A stretch of 64,000 bases of DNA from Alphaproteobacteria bacterium (GTDB lineage Bacteria > Pseudomonadota > Alphaproteobacteria > RF32 > CAG-239), in contig JAFVFB010000032.1 of the NCBI GenBank assembly GCA_017475705.1, forward strand, positions 4,971-68,970. Reading direction: 5' to 3'. The position numbers were made by a program, and so were the translations under genes. Positions 10,346 through 18,690 of the stretch are shown in pieces; position 1 is the first letter of the stretch; every line of letters begins with the position of its first letter. The notes under the pieces are model-generated. The model saw only the letters and a list, made by a program, of their open reading frames with translations. It was not told the DNA's origin and ran no database searches.

Positions 10346-10948
10346 TCACTTTTCAATCTCGTGTGTCAGATAATTTACAAACTTTTGCAAAGCACGCCCA
10401 CGATGAGAAATTTTATTTTTTTCCTCCGGCATAAGTTCTGCAAAAGATTTTGTATATCCAGTTGGAATAAAAATCGGGTCATAGCCAAAGCCGGAATTGC
10501 CGCTTTTTTGAGCGGCAATTTTTCCATCAACACGACCTTCAAAAGTTTTGTAAGAGCCGTCAGGGTGTGCCAAAACAATCACGCAGGAAAAGTGTGCTGC
10601 TCGATTATTTGATTTGGTATCTGCCAACTCTTTAAGAAGTTTTTCAATGCCCAGATTAAAATCCCGATTCGGTGCATATCTTGCAGAATAAATACCGGGT
10701 TTTCCTCCCATTGCATCAACGCACAATCCAGAATCATCAGCAATACAAGCAATATTTTGCTGTTTAGCTGCGGCAAATGCTTTTAAATAGGCATTTTCTT
10801 CAAAAGTTTGACCTGTCTCATCGACATCAGGCAAATCAACATCATCAGCTGATAAAACCTTTATCCCTAGAGGGGCTAAAATATCTCTGATTTCGGATAT
10901 TTTTCCTTTATTATGGCTCGCAAAAATAAGTTGGTTAAATTTTTGCAT
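10346..10948 (-). CDS. rdgB: Non-canonical purine NTP pyrophosphatase (RdgB/HAM1 family)
   Basis: Motifs IFASHNKGKISEI, ETGQTFEENA, ADDSGL, GIYSARY, GFGYDPIF and SHRGRA. The start is taken at the MQKFNQ Met. Confidence 0.85.
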   Translation of the reverse strand: MQKFNQLIFASHNKGKISEIRDILAPLGIKVLSADDVDLPDVDETGQTFEENAYLKAFAAAKQQNIACIADDSGLCVDAMGGKPGIYSARYAPNRDFNLGIEKLLKELADTKSNNRAAHFSCVIVLAHPDGSYKTFEGRVDGKIAAQKSGNSGFGYDPIFIPTGYTKSFAELMPEEKNKISHRGRALQKFVNYLTHEIEK

Positions 10949-11654
10949 GCGCAATAGCCTCCTTTTGCACGGCAATAAGTTGTTTTATACCTTCATAAGC
11001 CATATTATACATTTCATCAAAATCGGTTCTAGCAAAAGGTGCTCCTTCTGCAGTACTTTGAATTTCAACGATTCTCCCACTTTCTGTGAGCGCAAAGTTT
11101 GCATCGACTTGCGCTACAGAATCTTCAATGTACTCCAAATCGAGCAACAGCACACCATTACTGATTCCTGCAGACGTTGCAGCCACAAATTCCCGTACAG
11201 GATTATAAGGTAGATACCGATTCTTAACCATTTTCTGCAAAGCAATATAAAGAGCAACAAAACCTCCCGTAATAGAGGCAGTTCTGGTCCCTCCATCAGC
11301 TTGAATAACGTCGCAATCAATAGTAATTGTATATCCGCTTAAAACTTGCAAATCGACTGCAGATCGCAAAGCTCTTCCGATAATTCTTTGAATTTCATGG
11401 GTTCGGCCGCCGGTTCCATGATTTTCTCTATTGTGTCTGGTAATGGTAGAACGTGGTAGCAAAGAATATTCGGCAGTAATCCAACCATGTTCTTCTTCCT
11501 TAAACCATGCTGGCTTTTTCTCTTCAACGGTTGCGGTACACAGCACTTGTGTAAATCCGCATTTAATTAGGCAAGAGCCTTCAGCATACATATTAACGTC
11601 AGGGATAATTTCAACTTTTCTTAGTTCATTTAATTTACGGTCACCAGCTCTCAT
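10935..11654 (-). CDS. rph: Ribonuclease PH
   Basis: 239 aa with RAGDRKLNELR, EGSCLI, GWITAEY, GGRTHEIQR, DCDVIQADGGTRTASITG. Confidence 0.95.
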   Translation of the reverse strand: MRAGDRKLNELRKVEIIPDVNMYAEGSCLIKCGFTQVLCTATVEEKKPAWFKEEEHGWITAEYSLLPRSTITRHNRENHGTGGRTHEIQRIIGRALRSAVDLQVLSGYTITIDCDVIQADGGTRTASITGGFVALYIALQKMVKNRYLPYNPVREFVAATSAGISNGVLLLDLEYIEDSVAQVDANFALTESGRIVEIQSTAEGAPFARTDFDEMYNMAYEGIKQLIAVQKEAIAHAKI

Positions 11655-11656
11655 TT

Positions 11657-12193
11657 CTATACCTCACTTTCATATTTTTTGATAGCTTGTAAAACGCGAT
11701 GAACAGTATTCTCGACTGCTTCATTTTTAGTTTCCACGACGATATCTGCTTGGCTATAATAAGGAGATTCCTCATCAATATAAGCCTGCAGCTTAGATTT
11801 TATTTTGGAATCGCTGCATTGCAAAAACGGACGCCTTTTACGCCCGGCCGTTCTGCTATACAAAACATCAATATCTGCCTTAAGCCAAATAGTGAGGGCT
11901 TTTTCTTTAGCAATTTGTCTTGTTTGTTCAGCAACAAAAGCACCGCCACCGGAAGCGAGCACACAAGGGCTACCTTGCAGCAGTCGTCTCATGATACGCT
12001 CTTCTCCAGCGCGATACTCTTCAAGTCCAAAATATTTAAAAACATCAATAACCGGTAATCCAGCAGCTTTTTCAATTTCCTGATCGCCATCAACAAAAGG
12101 TAGTCCCATTTTTTTTGCCAAACGCTTTCCGACACTGGTTTTGCCGCTGCCGATAAGTCCGACTAATAAGATAATTTTATCTGTTTTTACCAT
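11657..12193 (-). CDS. aroK: Shikimate kinase
   Basis: P-loop GLIGSGKTSVGK, FVDGDQEIE, ASGGGAF. Confidence 0.9.
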   Translation of the reverse strand: MVKTDKIILLVGLIGSGKTSVGKRLAKKMGLPFVDGDQEIEKAAGLPVIDVFKYFGLEEYRAGEERIMRRLLQGSPCVLASGGGAFVAEQTRQIAKEKALTIWLKADIDVLYSRTAGRKRRPFLQCSDSKIKSKLQAYIDEESPYYSQADIVVETKNEAVENTVHRVLQAIKKYESEV

Positions 12194-12307
12194 TTGTCAT
12201 TCACTAAATTTACTATTGTACTTTACAATAAAGGATATAATGTTAATAATAATAATCAATATCTATTTATGAGATAACAAAAAAAAACTGATTTTTAGGA
12301 GAAGACT

Positions 12308-12445
12308 ATGAGAACAAAGAACAGATATTTACTTTATATTATATTATTGATATTGGTTGCAGGCGTCGCTTATACAGCATGCAAAGATATCACACCTGAA
12401 CAAGAACAGGTCGTAAAAAATATAGAATTAAAGCTAAATAAATGA
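12308..12445 (+). CDS. Small (45 aa) putative lipoprotein/membrane peptide, translationally coupled to xerD
   Basis: AGGAG lies 8 nt upstream of the ATG. Translation is MRTKNRYLLYIILLILVAGVAYTACKDITPEQEQVVKNIELKLNK (hydrophobic segment then Cys). Its TGA overlaps the xerD ATG (ATGA). Too short for the supplied ORF track. Confidence 0.35.
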   Translation: MRTKNRYLLYIILLILVAGVAYTACKDITPEQEQVVKNIELKLNK

Positions 12446-13341
12446 GAGATTTAGTTAAAGAATTTCTAGATATAAAAACGGTTGAGGCAGGGTCATCGCT
12501 AAATACAGTACAAGCATATGCCAGTGATATGGAGCAGTACATTAAAGCGATTCACCCTGTACTACCACAACATGCAACCAAAGAAACTATATTAACTTTC
12601 CTAAAAAGTTTGAGTGATGCAGACAGCCGCCCAAAAACATTAGCACGCAAAATTTCATGTATCAGAGAATTTTATAAATTTTTGCAAAGCGAAAATATCA
12701 TAGATATAAATCCGGCCTATCATCTGCATACTCCTAAAATCGGGAAGCCTTTACCATCTTTTTTAACTCAGTCAGAAATAAGTAAACTATGCGAAGTCCT
12801 TTCGCAAAAGAAAGACTTCTCATTTATGCGCATGAAGGTAATGATAAAACTAATGTCTTCCTCAGGCCTGCGCGTATCAGAGGTTGTCTCCTTGCCAGAA
12901 AATGCTATTAATTATGATTTGCATCAAATTTTGATTTTCGGCAAAGGTAGCAAAGAGCGAATAGTCCCCGTCACCAAAGAATTAATTCAAGATGTTTTAG
13001 AATACATAGATTATCGAACAGTATATTTAGCAGATAGAAAAAGCAAATGGTTGTTTCCTTCCATAAAGTCAGTCAGTGGGCACATGACCAGATCCGGTTT
13101 TTTTAAAAGTCTGAAAAAAATCGCCATAGAGGCCGGTTTAGATGCAGCAAAAGTTCATCCACATGTTTTACGCCACTCGTTTGCGACATGCCTAGTCAAC
13201 AAGAGCGTTGATTTACGGTCAATACAAAAAATGCTTGGCCATGAAAATATCGCCACAACGGAAATATATACCCACATCACCACAGAAAAACTTGCACAAG
13301 AAGTATATAAGCATCACCCTTTAATGCATCCCCAAAAATAA
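12442..13341 (+). CDS. xerD: Tyrosine site-specific recombinase XerD
   Basis: N-terminal SLNTVQAYASDM. Catalytic region GLRVSE ... HVLRHSFAT ... LGHENIATTEIYTH, ending HHP as in XerD. Confidence 0.8.
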   Translation: MRDLVKEFLDIKTVEAGSSLNTVQAYASDMEQYIKAIHPVLPQHATKETILTFLKSLSDADSRPKTLARKISCIREFYKFLQSENIIDINPAYHLHTPKIGKPLPSFLTQSEISKLCEVLSQKKDFSFMRMKVMIKLMSSSGLRVSEVVSLPENAINYDLHQILIFGKGSKERIVPVTKELIQDVLEYIDYRTVYLADRKSKWLFPSIKSVSGHMTRSGFFKSLKKIAIEAGLDAAKVHPHVLRHSFATCLVNKSVDLRSIQKMLGHENIATTEIYTHITTEKLAQEVYKHHPLMHPQK

Positions 13342-13355
13342 AGAAAGAAGAAACT

Positions 13356-13871
13356 ATGAAGGAATATCAACTGCACATTTCAGATGAGCCTCACTGCCAA
13401 GACTTAGAAAGCCTCGGTAGCATCTGGGGTGCAATCATGAAGGGTGTAATATCAAAAGATGATATTATCGGGGCAGATATCGTTATTCACTGGCGTGATA
13501 TTGTCGGTACAGAAATGAGTATGTATTGCAATCCTCTTAAAACAAAAGTCAACCGCCACACAGGTGAGCGTACGTTGCATGTTGAAGTTCCTGCAGGTGG
13601 TTATGCACTGGAAATTCAGCATAAGAGCAGCTACATATTAGATAAAGTAAATGCTTATGTTGGTTATCGGGCGATACATGCACTTAAAGTTAATCAAAAT
13701 ATCAATCTTCGGCCGCGGCAGCCGCTCGAGCCGGAAATTATACCCCAGCCGCAGGTCTCAGAGCAAGATGAAAAATACCTATCCGAGCTGACAGCAGAAA
13801 TAAAAGATGAAAAATTAAAGAAAATTTTAATAAACATTGGTAAAAATGTCATATCGACCAACAGGGAGTAA
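13356..13871 (+). CDS. DUF721/DciA-like protein
   Basis: The pattern HWRDIVGTEMSMYCNPLK ... LHVEVPAGGYALEIQHKSSYILDKVNAYVGYRAIHALKV resembles the DUF721 fold family. Assigned from memory only. Confidence 0.5.
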   Translation: MKEYQLHISDEPHCQDLESLGSIWGAIMKGVISKDDIIGADIVIHWRDIVGTEMSMYCNPLKTKVNRHTGERTLHVEVPAGGYALEIQHKSSYILDKVNAYVGYRAIHALKVNQNINLRPRQPLEPEIIPQPQVSEQDEKYLSELTAEIKDEKLKKILINIGKNVISTNRE

Positions 13872-13875
13872 AATA

Positions 13876-14589
13876 ATGAAAATCATAAAAAGAATCAGCC
13901 GACTATTTGCTTTATTTGCAATATATATTATTGCCGCATATGGGTATCTAACCGCTAAAGGTTTTATTTATAGTGGAAATCAATTCATTTTATCCAATCA
14001 AGCCTATGCGCAGGATGAAAGTTTTTCTCGTAAGGTTAGCGGAGATGTCGGCCTAAGATCAGAGCGCATCAGAGCCCAAGGTAATCCCAATGCTCCACTA
14101 ACAATGTATATATATTCTTCATTAGCATGTGCACATTGCCGTGATTTTCACAGATTTATTTTGCCAAAACTACAGCGAGACTTTATTTCAAAAGGTAAAT
14201 TACGTTTTATCTTTATACATTTTCCGATAGACGCAATGTCAATGCGTGCTGCCAAATTATCATATTGTCTTCCCGCAGAAAGATTCTACAAATTTATAGA
14301 TGAATTGTATGATAAAAAGGATTGGTTATTTGCCAAAGATGAAGAAAAGTTATATGCCTATGCACGCAGATTCGGTATGAGCGCACAAGGCCTTGAAGCC
14401 TGCAAAGCAGATAAAAAACTAACCAGTGATATATTGTTAGTCAAAGATAAAGCCATAGAGACATTTAATATCACCGGTACTCCATCGTTTGTTATAGAAG
14501 GTGCTGATGGCAAAGAGGTTATTCTCGGTACCAAAAGTTATGGAGATTTAAAGGCCTATTTAGAGCAAAGATTAGGAGCTCAAAGATAA
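13876..14589 (+). CDS. DsbA-family thiol:disulfide oxidoreductase, exported
   Basis: N-terminal signal/anchor, CAHC active site, and a C-terminal GTPSFVI motif typical of DsbA-like thioredoxin folds. GGAG lies upstream of the ATG at 13876. Confidence 0.75.
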   Translation: MKIIKRISRLFALFAIYIIAAYGYLTAKGFIYSGNQFILSNQAYAQDESFSRKVSGDVGLRSERIRAQGNPNAPLTMYIYSSLACAHCRDFHRFILPKLQRDFISKGKLRFIFIHFPIDAMSMRAAKLSYCLPAERFYKFIDELYDKKDWLFAKDEEKLYAYARRFGMSAQGLEACKADKKLTSDILLVKDKAIETFNITGTPSFVIEGADGKEVILGTKSYGDLKAYLEQRLGAQR

Positions 14590-14894
14590 TGTCGAATATG
14601 CCAGACGACATCAAAGCAATAGAAAAAAGAATAAAATCAATCAAAGCCAAACGCCAGCCAGATACTTCAGTAGAGCGTAAAACAAAATATTCAGATTTTG
14701 CCATCGCTGCACACATCGTAACCGAACTTGTCGCAGGAGTTCTTGTCGGTGCAGGATTGGGGTATATTTTAGATGAAGTGTTTGACTTTCAATTTCTTTT
14801 CTTGTTAATATTCATCATATTTGGAGGTATAGCAGGCATGCTCAATGTCTTTCGCTATGTCAAAACTCTAGACGATATCCAAGAAAGGAAATAA
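14589..14894 (+). CDS. atpI: ATP synthase protein I-like (AtpI/AtpZ family) small membrane protein
   Basis: 101 aa with two glycine-rich TM helices (ELVAGVLVGAGLGYILD, IFGGIAGMLNVF), immediately upstream of atpB. TAATG overlap with the preceding gene. Confidence 0.65.
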   Translation: MSNMPDDIKAIEKRIKSIKAKRQPDTSVERKTKYSDFAIAAHIVTELVAGVLVGAGLGYILDEVFDFQFLFLLIFIIFGGIAGMLNVFRYVKTLDDIQERK

Positions 14895-14898
14895 AATA

Positions 14899-15624
14899 AT
14901 GTCTAGCCCCATAGAGCAATTTGAAATAAAAAAGATATTTCCGATAGAAGTAAAAGGGTATGATATCAGTTTTACCAATTCCTCTTTGTGCATGATAATC
15001 TCGGCATTAACAGTGATATTTATTTTTGCCCTATGCTTGCGCAAACGCCGATTAATACCTGGGGCTGCGCAATGCATACCAGAAAGTGCGTACGAGTTTA
15101 TTTATAATTTAATGTCCGAAAATGTTGGCAAAGAAGGGATAAGGTACTTTTCATTCATATTTACATTGTTCTTATTTATCTGCACGGGCAATCTGCTGGG
15201 GCTATTTCCTTATAGTTTTACGTTTACCTCACATGTTGCAGCAGTAGGAACATTATCAATCCTCGCATTAACATTAAACATCTGCATTGGTATTAAAAAA
15301 CAAAAATGGGGCTATTTAAGGACATTCTTTCCGCGTGGCATGCCTTGGCCAATGGCGCCTCTAATCGTGCCAATAGAGGTAATTTCCCTGCTTTCCAAGC
15401 CGCTGAGCTTAACGATAAGACTTGTCGCCAATATGACGGTTGGCCACATTATCTTAAAAATAATTGCGGGGTTTATCATCACTTTAGGTATATTTGCCGG
15501 ATGGATACCATTGCTTTTTGCCGGTGTGCTAATTGTCTTTGAAATATTCATCGGCATATTGCAAGCGTACGTATATACAATTTTGTCATGCATCTACTTA
15601 GGTGATGCATTACACAGTCACTAA
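14899..15624 (+). CDS. atpB: F0F1 ATP synthase subunit a
   Basis: Polytopic protein with the conserved LSLTIRLVANMTVGH arginine motif. Confidence 0.9.
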   Translation: MSSPIEQFEIKKIFPIEVKGYDISFTNSSLCMIISALTVIFIFALCLRKRRLIPGAAQCIPESAYEFIYNLMSENVGKEGIRYFSFIFTLFLFICTGNLLGLFPYSFTFTSHVAAVGTLSILALTLNICIGIKKQKWGYLRTFFPRGMPWPMAPLIVPIEVISLLSKPLSLTIRLVANMTVGHIILKIIAGFIITLGIFAGWIPLLFAGVLIVFEIFIGILQAYVYTILSCIYLGDALHSH

Positions 15625-15648
15625 CTTAATTTAAGAAAGGGTATTAAA

Positions 15649-15885
15649 ATGGAAACAGTAGTAAATTCAAACAGCTTAATGTTTATAGGTGTTGGCTTAT
15701 GTGCATTGTCCATGATGGCATCTGCATGGGGCTTAGCTAAAGTTTGGAGCATATTAATTGAAACGATTGGTCGCAATCCACAAGTAAAAAAAGACGTTCA
15801 AACTTTAGGCTACATCGCAGCAGCATTTATTGAAGCTATCGCATTGTATGCATTGGTTGTCGCAATTATGATGATTGTAAAATAA
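15649..15885 (+). CDS. atpE: F0F1 ATP synthase subunit c
   Basis: 78-aa two-helix hairpin with loop GRNPQ and the carboxylate helix AAFIEAIALYALVVA. Confidence 0.9.
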   Translation: METVVNSNSLMFIGVGLCALSMMASAWGLAKVWSILIETIGRNPQVKKDVQTLGYIAAAFIEAIALYALVVAIMMIVK

Positions 15886-15903
15886 TACCAAGGTAAAACA
15901 ATA

Positions 15904-16395
15904 ATGCCACAGTTAGATGGGTCTATATACATAACACAGATATTCTGGTTATTGGTAACATTTATAAGTTTTTGGCTTATTATGGATAGGCTGATTGTTC
16001 CTCGTATTTCAGAAAAGATAGAGGAGCGCCGTCGCAAATATGATGATTTTATTCTCAAAGCAGAAGAGATAAATCAAAAGGCGCAGAATACCTTGAAAGA
16101 ATATGAGGACCGGCTGACTGTGGCTAAAAATGAAGCGATACAGCAAATAGCCGCCAATGAGCAAGAGCTAAAAGAGCTGATAGCCGTTAAGCAAGAGCAG
16201 ATGAATGAAAGCCTAAAGCAAAAAGTTGCAGAAAGTGAAGCAATATTGCAAAAAGAAAGGGCTGAAACACTTGCCGTAGTAGATGAAATTTCTAAAGAAA
16301 TCGCAACCGTTGTGGTTCAACAATTAAATCTGCCATCAATAGATGTTGATGACATTGAACACATAGCAAATCAACAGCAGTCTTCTAATGGGTAA
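15904..16395 (+). CDS. atpF2: F0F1 ATP synthase subunit b'
   Basis: N-terminal MPQLD...FWLLVTFISFWLIM TM helix then a long charged helix. It occupies the b' position of the alphaproteobacterial atpI-B-E-F'-F operon. Confidence 0.75.
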   Translation: MPQLDGSIYITQIFWLLVTFISFWLIMDRLIVPRISEKIEERRRKYDDFILKAEEINQKAQNTLKEYEDRLTVAKNEAIQQIAANEQELKELIAVKQEQMNESLKQKVAESEAILQKERAETLAVVDEISKEIATVVVQQLNLPSIDVDDIEHIANQQQSSNG

Positions 16396-16409
16396 AAGGT
16401 AAATAGATT

Positions 16410-16922
16410 ATGCAAGAAGAAATATTTTATCATAGCGCAGAATTTTGGGTTGGGGTCACATTCGTTCTCGTAATGGCATTATTATTTGTTCCTGCAGTAC
16501 GCACAGTCAAACAGCTCATAACTCAAAGGATAGAGCGCATAAAAGGTGAGTTGCAAGAAGCAGAAGACCTCAAGCTAGATGCGCAAAAGCTATATGCAGA
16601 ATATGAGCGAAAATTTATCAATACAGATAGTGAAGTTGCAGAGATAATAGAAAATCAAAAAGAAATTATTGCTCAAAACAAAGAAAAGAAACTCAAAGAG
16701 CTAGATTCAATATTAAAACAAAAGGAAACGGATGCAACAGCCCGAGTTCAGCAGTCTCTTGCTCAGGCAAAAAAAGAAATCAACACTTTAATCAGTCAAA
16801 AGTCGCTGGATATTGTCACTCAAGCGATAAAATTAAAATTTACTGAAAGCGATTATAAAAGATTAATTGATAATTCTCTCAATCAATTGGCTGAACTAGA
16901 TTTTGGCAATAAACAGAAATAA
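16410..16922 (+). CDS. atpF: F0F1 ATP synthase subunit b
   Basis: Single N-terminal TM helix plus a long Glu/Lys-rich helix; last gene of the F0 operon. Confidence 0.75.
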   Translation: MQEEIFYHSAEFWVGVTFVLVMALLFVPAVRTVKQLITQRIERIKGELQEAEDLKLDAQKLYAEYERKFINTDSEVAEIIENQKEIIAQNKEKKLKELDSILKQKETDATARVQQSLAQAKKEINTLISQKSLDIVTQAIKLKFTESDYKRLIDNSLNQLAELDFGNKQK

Positions 16923-16925
16923 TCT

Positions 16926-17552
16926 TTATTTGATAGACCATATAACGGTATTTTTACCATCAATACACAGGTCCTTTGTAGCATATTTAGCAATTGGTAA
17001 AGCTCTCTGTCCACCCCATTCAAATGCATAAGTTCCCTTGATATTCAGTATACTGATGCTGTTAAGCTTGAGATATTGTTGTTCATTGAGCGGTGCCTCT
17101 GCATATGAAATACATTGAGCTTTTGTTAAGTTAGGTAGAACAATATCAAATGTTTGCCCCATTGGCATAACCGTTTCAGCGTGTTCTCCGCTACCGATCA
17201 AAATAGGTGTGCTTCGCCCCAACACAATTTGCTGGTTTTTAATAAAATTGCTTGGCAATAGCTTGTTTTTTATTACAAACTCACTATTAAGCCCCCAATA
17301 ATCAGGCTTATCAGCATAAAATGTACGTACATCATCAGATATAGCAAATACATCATGGATATTTTGCTGAATATTTCGTTGTGAAAAAGTGCATGAAAAA
17401 TACCCCATTGCAATGATGAGCATTGGCAATCCGATTTTAATAATACTATCACGATGACGAACAGACCACAAGCCAAGCTTCTGTACCCAAGGATTGGTTA
17501 CCAAACCATCAGGAATAAAAGATTTTAAATTTTTGAAATTCTGTTTCTCCAT
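16926..17552 (-). CDS. Hypothetical bitopic protein at the PilS (pilin) position of the pil-like operon; possible non-canonical pilin
   Basis: Start MEKQNF lies 4 nt after the platform-gene stop. It has one hydrophobic helix (IIKIGLPMLIIAMGYF) and a C-terminal Cys pair (LTKAQCISY ... KDLCIDG) like a pilin D-region. There is no G/xxxxE prepilin cleavage motif. Confidence 0.3.
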   Translation of the reverse strand: MEKQNFKNLKSFIPDGLVTNPWVQKLGLWSVRHRDSIIKIGLPMLIIAMGYFSCTFSQRNIQQNIHDVFAISDDVRTFYADKPDYWGLNSEFVIKNKLLPSNFIKNQQIVLGRSTPILIGSGEHAETVMPMGQTFDIVLPNLTKAQCISYAEAPLNEQQYLKLNSISILNIKGTYAFEWGGQRALPIAKYATKDLCIDGKNTVIWSIK

Positions 17553-17556
17553 CTTA

Positions 17557-18678
17557 CTACCCCATAGCGCTTGTAATTTGATCTTGCATATCAAATACGC
17601 CAAAAACCGCCCATGCGATAATGCCGGAAATAGCAAACATTGCTACCATATTCAAGATAGATGCTTTTGCCTCCACCGCTTCAGCGGATTCTTCCAACCA
17701 ATCATTAGCCAATCTATCCAAGGCCTCTTCAAAATTATCTAATTCTGCATAGATTCGTAAATCAGCCACAATATCTTTATCAGGAAAGTTGAGCTTAGAT
17801 TTAGATAAGGCCTGTCCGAGGTTATCACCGTTTTTGATAAAATCCATCGCCCGATCAATTCTTTCTTGTAGATAGCGATTAGAATCTTTTCGCAGTGATG
17901 ACATTGCCACAGAAATCGGTACCCCACCTTTAATTAAGGCAGAAAGTGACAGCAACCAAGTGATACCCATAAACATTTTATACAAAGACCACGGTGGGCA
18001 GTCATCAATAGCTTTACGCGTCGGTCCTGTCCAAATACCGATGGTTGCATAAATTATGACAAACAAAATAGGGAAGAAAGAGAAAGCGAAAAGCCAATTA
18101 TCCTTAATCCAGTGAGAAACATTCACCAAATCCCGTGCTGTACCAGACCAACGGGCATTAGGAGCAGCTTCTTCCATTGGCGGAACCATATATGCCCCGA
18201 TGGCATATATAACCAAAACCGACATTAACAGCAAAAAAGAAGGATAGGCGATTGCGCCGATAATCGGCTTTAACATCTTATCAGTACCTTCTGCCACGCG
18301 GATTAGGTTACGCAAAGCACTTTCCAAGTCAGACATATCCCCCACAGAAAGCATAAGTCTCTCGCGGCTAGGCGCCCATCCCTTAAGAGCATCAGAAAAG
18401 GCATAACCATTTTGCAAAGATTTACCCCATGATGCAATAGCAATAGCCATCGGCTCATTTGGGTGCTTACCATTATCAGTAATACTATCATACATAATAT
18501 CGAGCGAATTCATCAAGGAGAAACGGTTTCGCAGCAATGACGATAATTTTTTATAAACTTTAAGCCGTGCTTTACCGGACATCCCAACTCTAAATCTGGC
18601 ATAAGAAACTTCTAATGAGCCCAAAGACTTCATTGCTTTATTAAACGTACTATGATTTTCATCATCTCTTTTAGCCAT
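17557..18678 (-). CDS. Type IV pilus/T2SS platform protein (GspF/PilC family; R64 PilR-like)
   Basis: 373 aa with two repeated cytoplasmic helical domains separated by TM helices. It sits immediately downstream of the GspE-type ATPase. Confidence 0.7.
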   Translation of the reverse strand: MAKRDDENHSTFNKAMKSLGSLEVSYARFRVGMSGKARLKVYKKLSSLLRNRFSLMNSLDIMYDSITDNGKHPNEPMAIAIASWGKSLQNGYAFSDALKGWAPSRERLMLSVGDMSDLESALRNLIRVAEGTDKMLKPIIGAIAYPSFLLLMSVLVIYAIGAYMVPPMEEAAPNARWSGTARDLVNVSHWIKDNWLFAFSFFPILFVIIYATIGIWTGPTRKAIDDCPPWSLYKMFMGITWLLSLSALIKGGVPISVAMSSLRKDSNRYLQERIDRAMDFIKNGDNLGQALSKSKLNFPDKDIVADLRIYAELDNFEEALDRLANDWLEESAEAVEAKASILNMVAMFAISGIIAWAVFGVFDMQDQITSAMG

Positions 18679-18690
18679 ATATCAAATCCT

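Noticed and set aside
12215-12229. The small palindrome ATTGTA-ctt-TACAAT in the aroK/xerD divergent spacer, as an operator.
   Set aside because: The arms are only 6 bp in AT-rich DNA. The TACAAT half may simply be a -10 element. There is not enough evidence to call a regulatory site.
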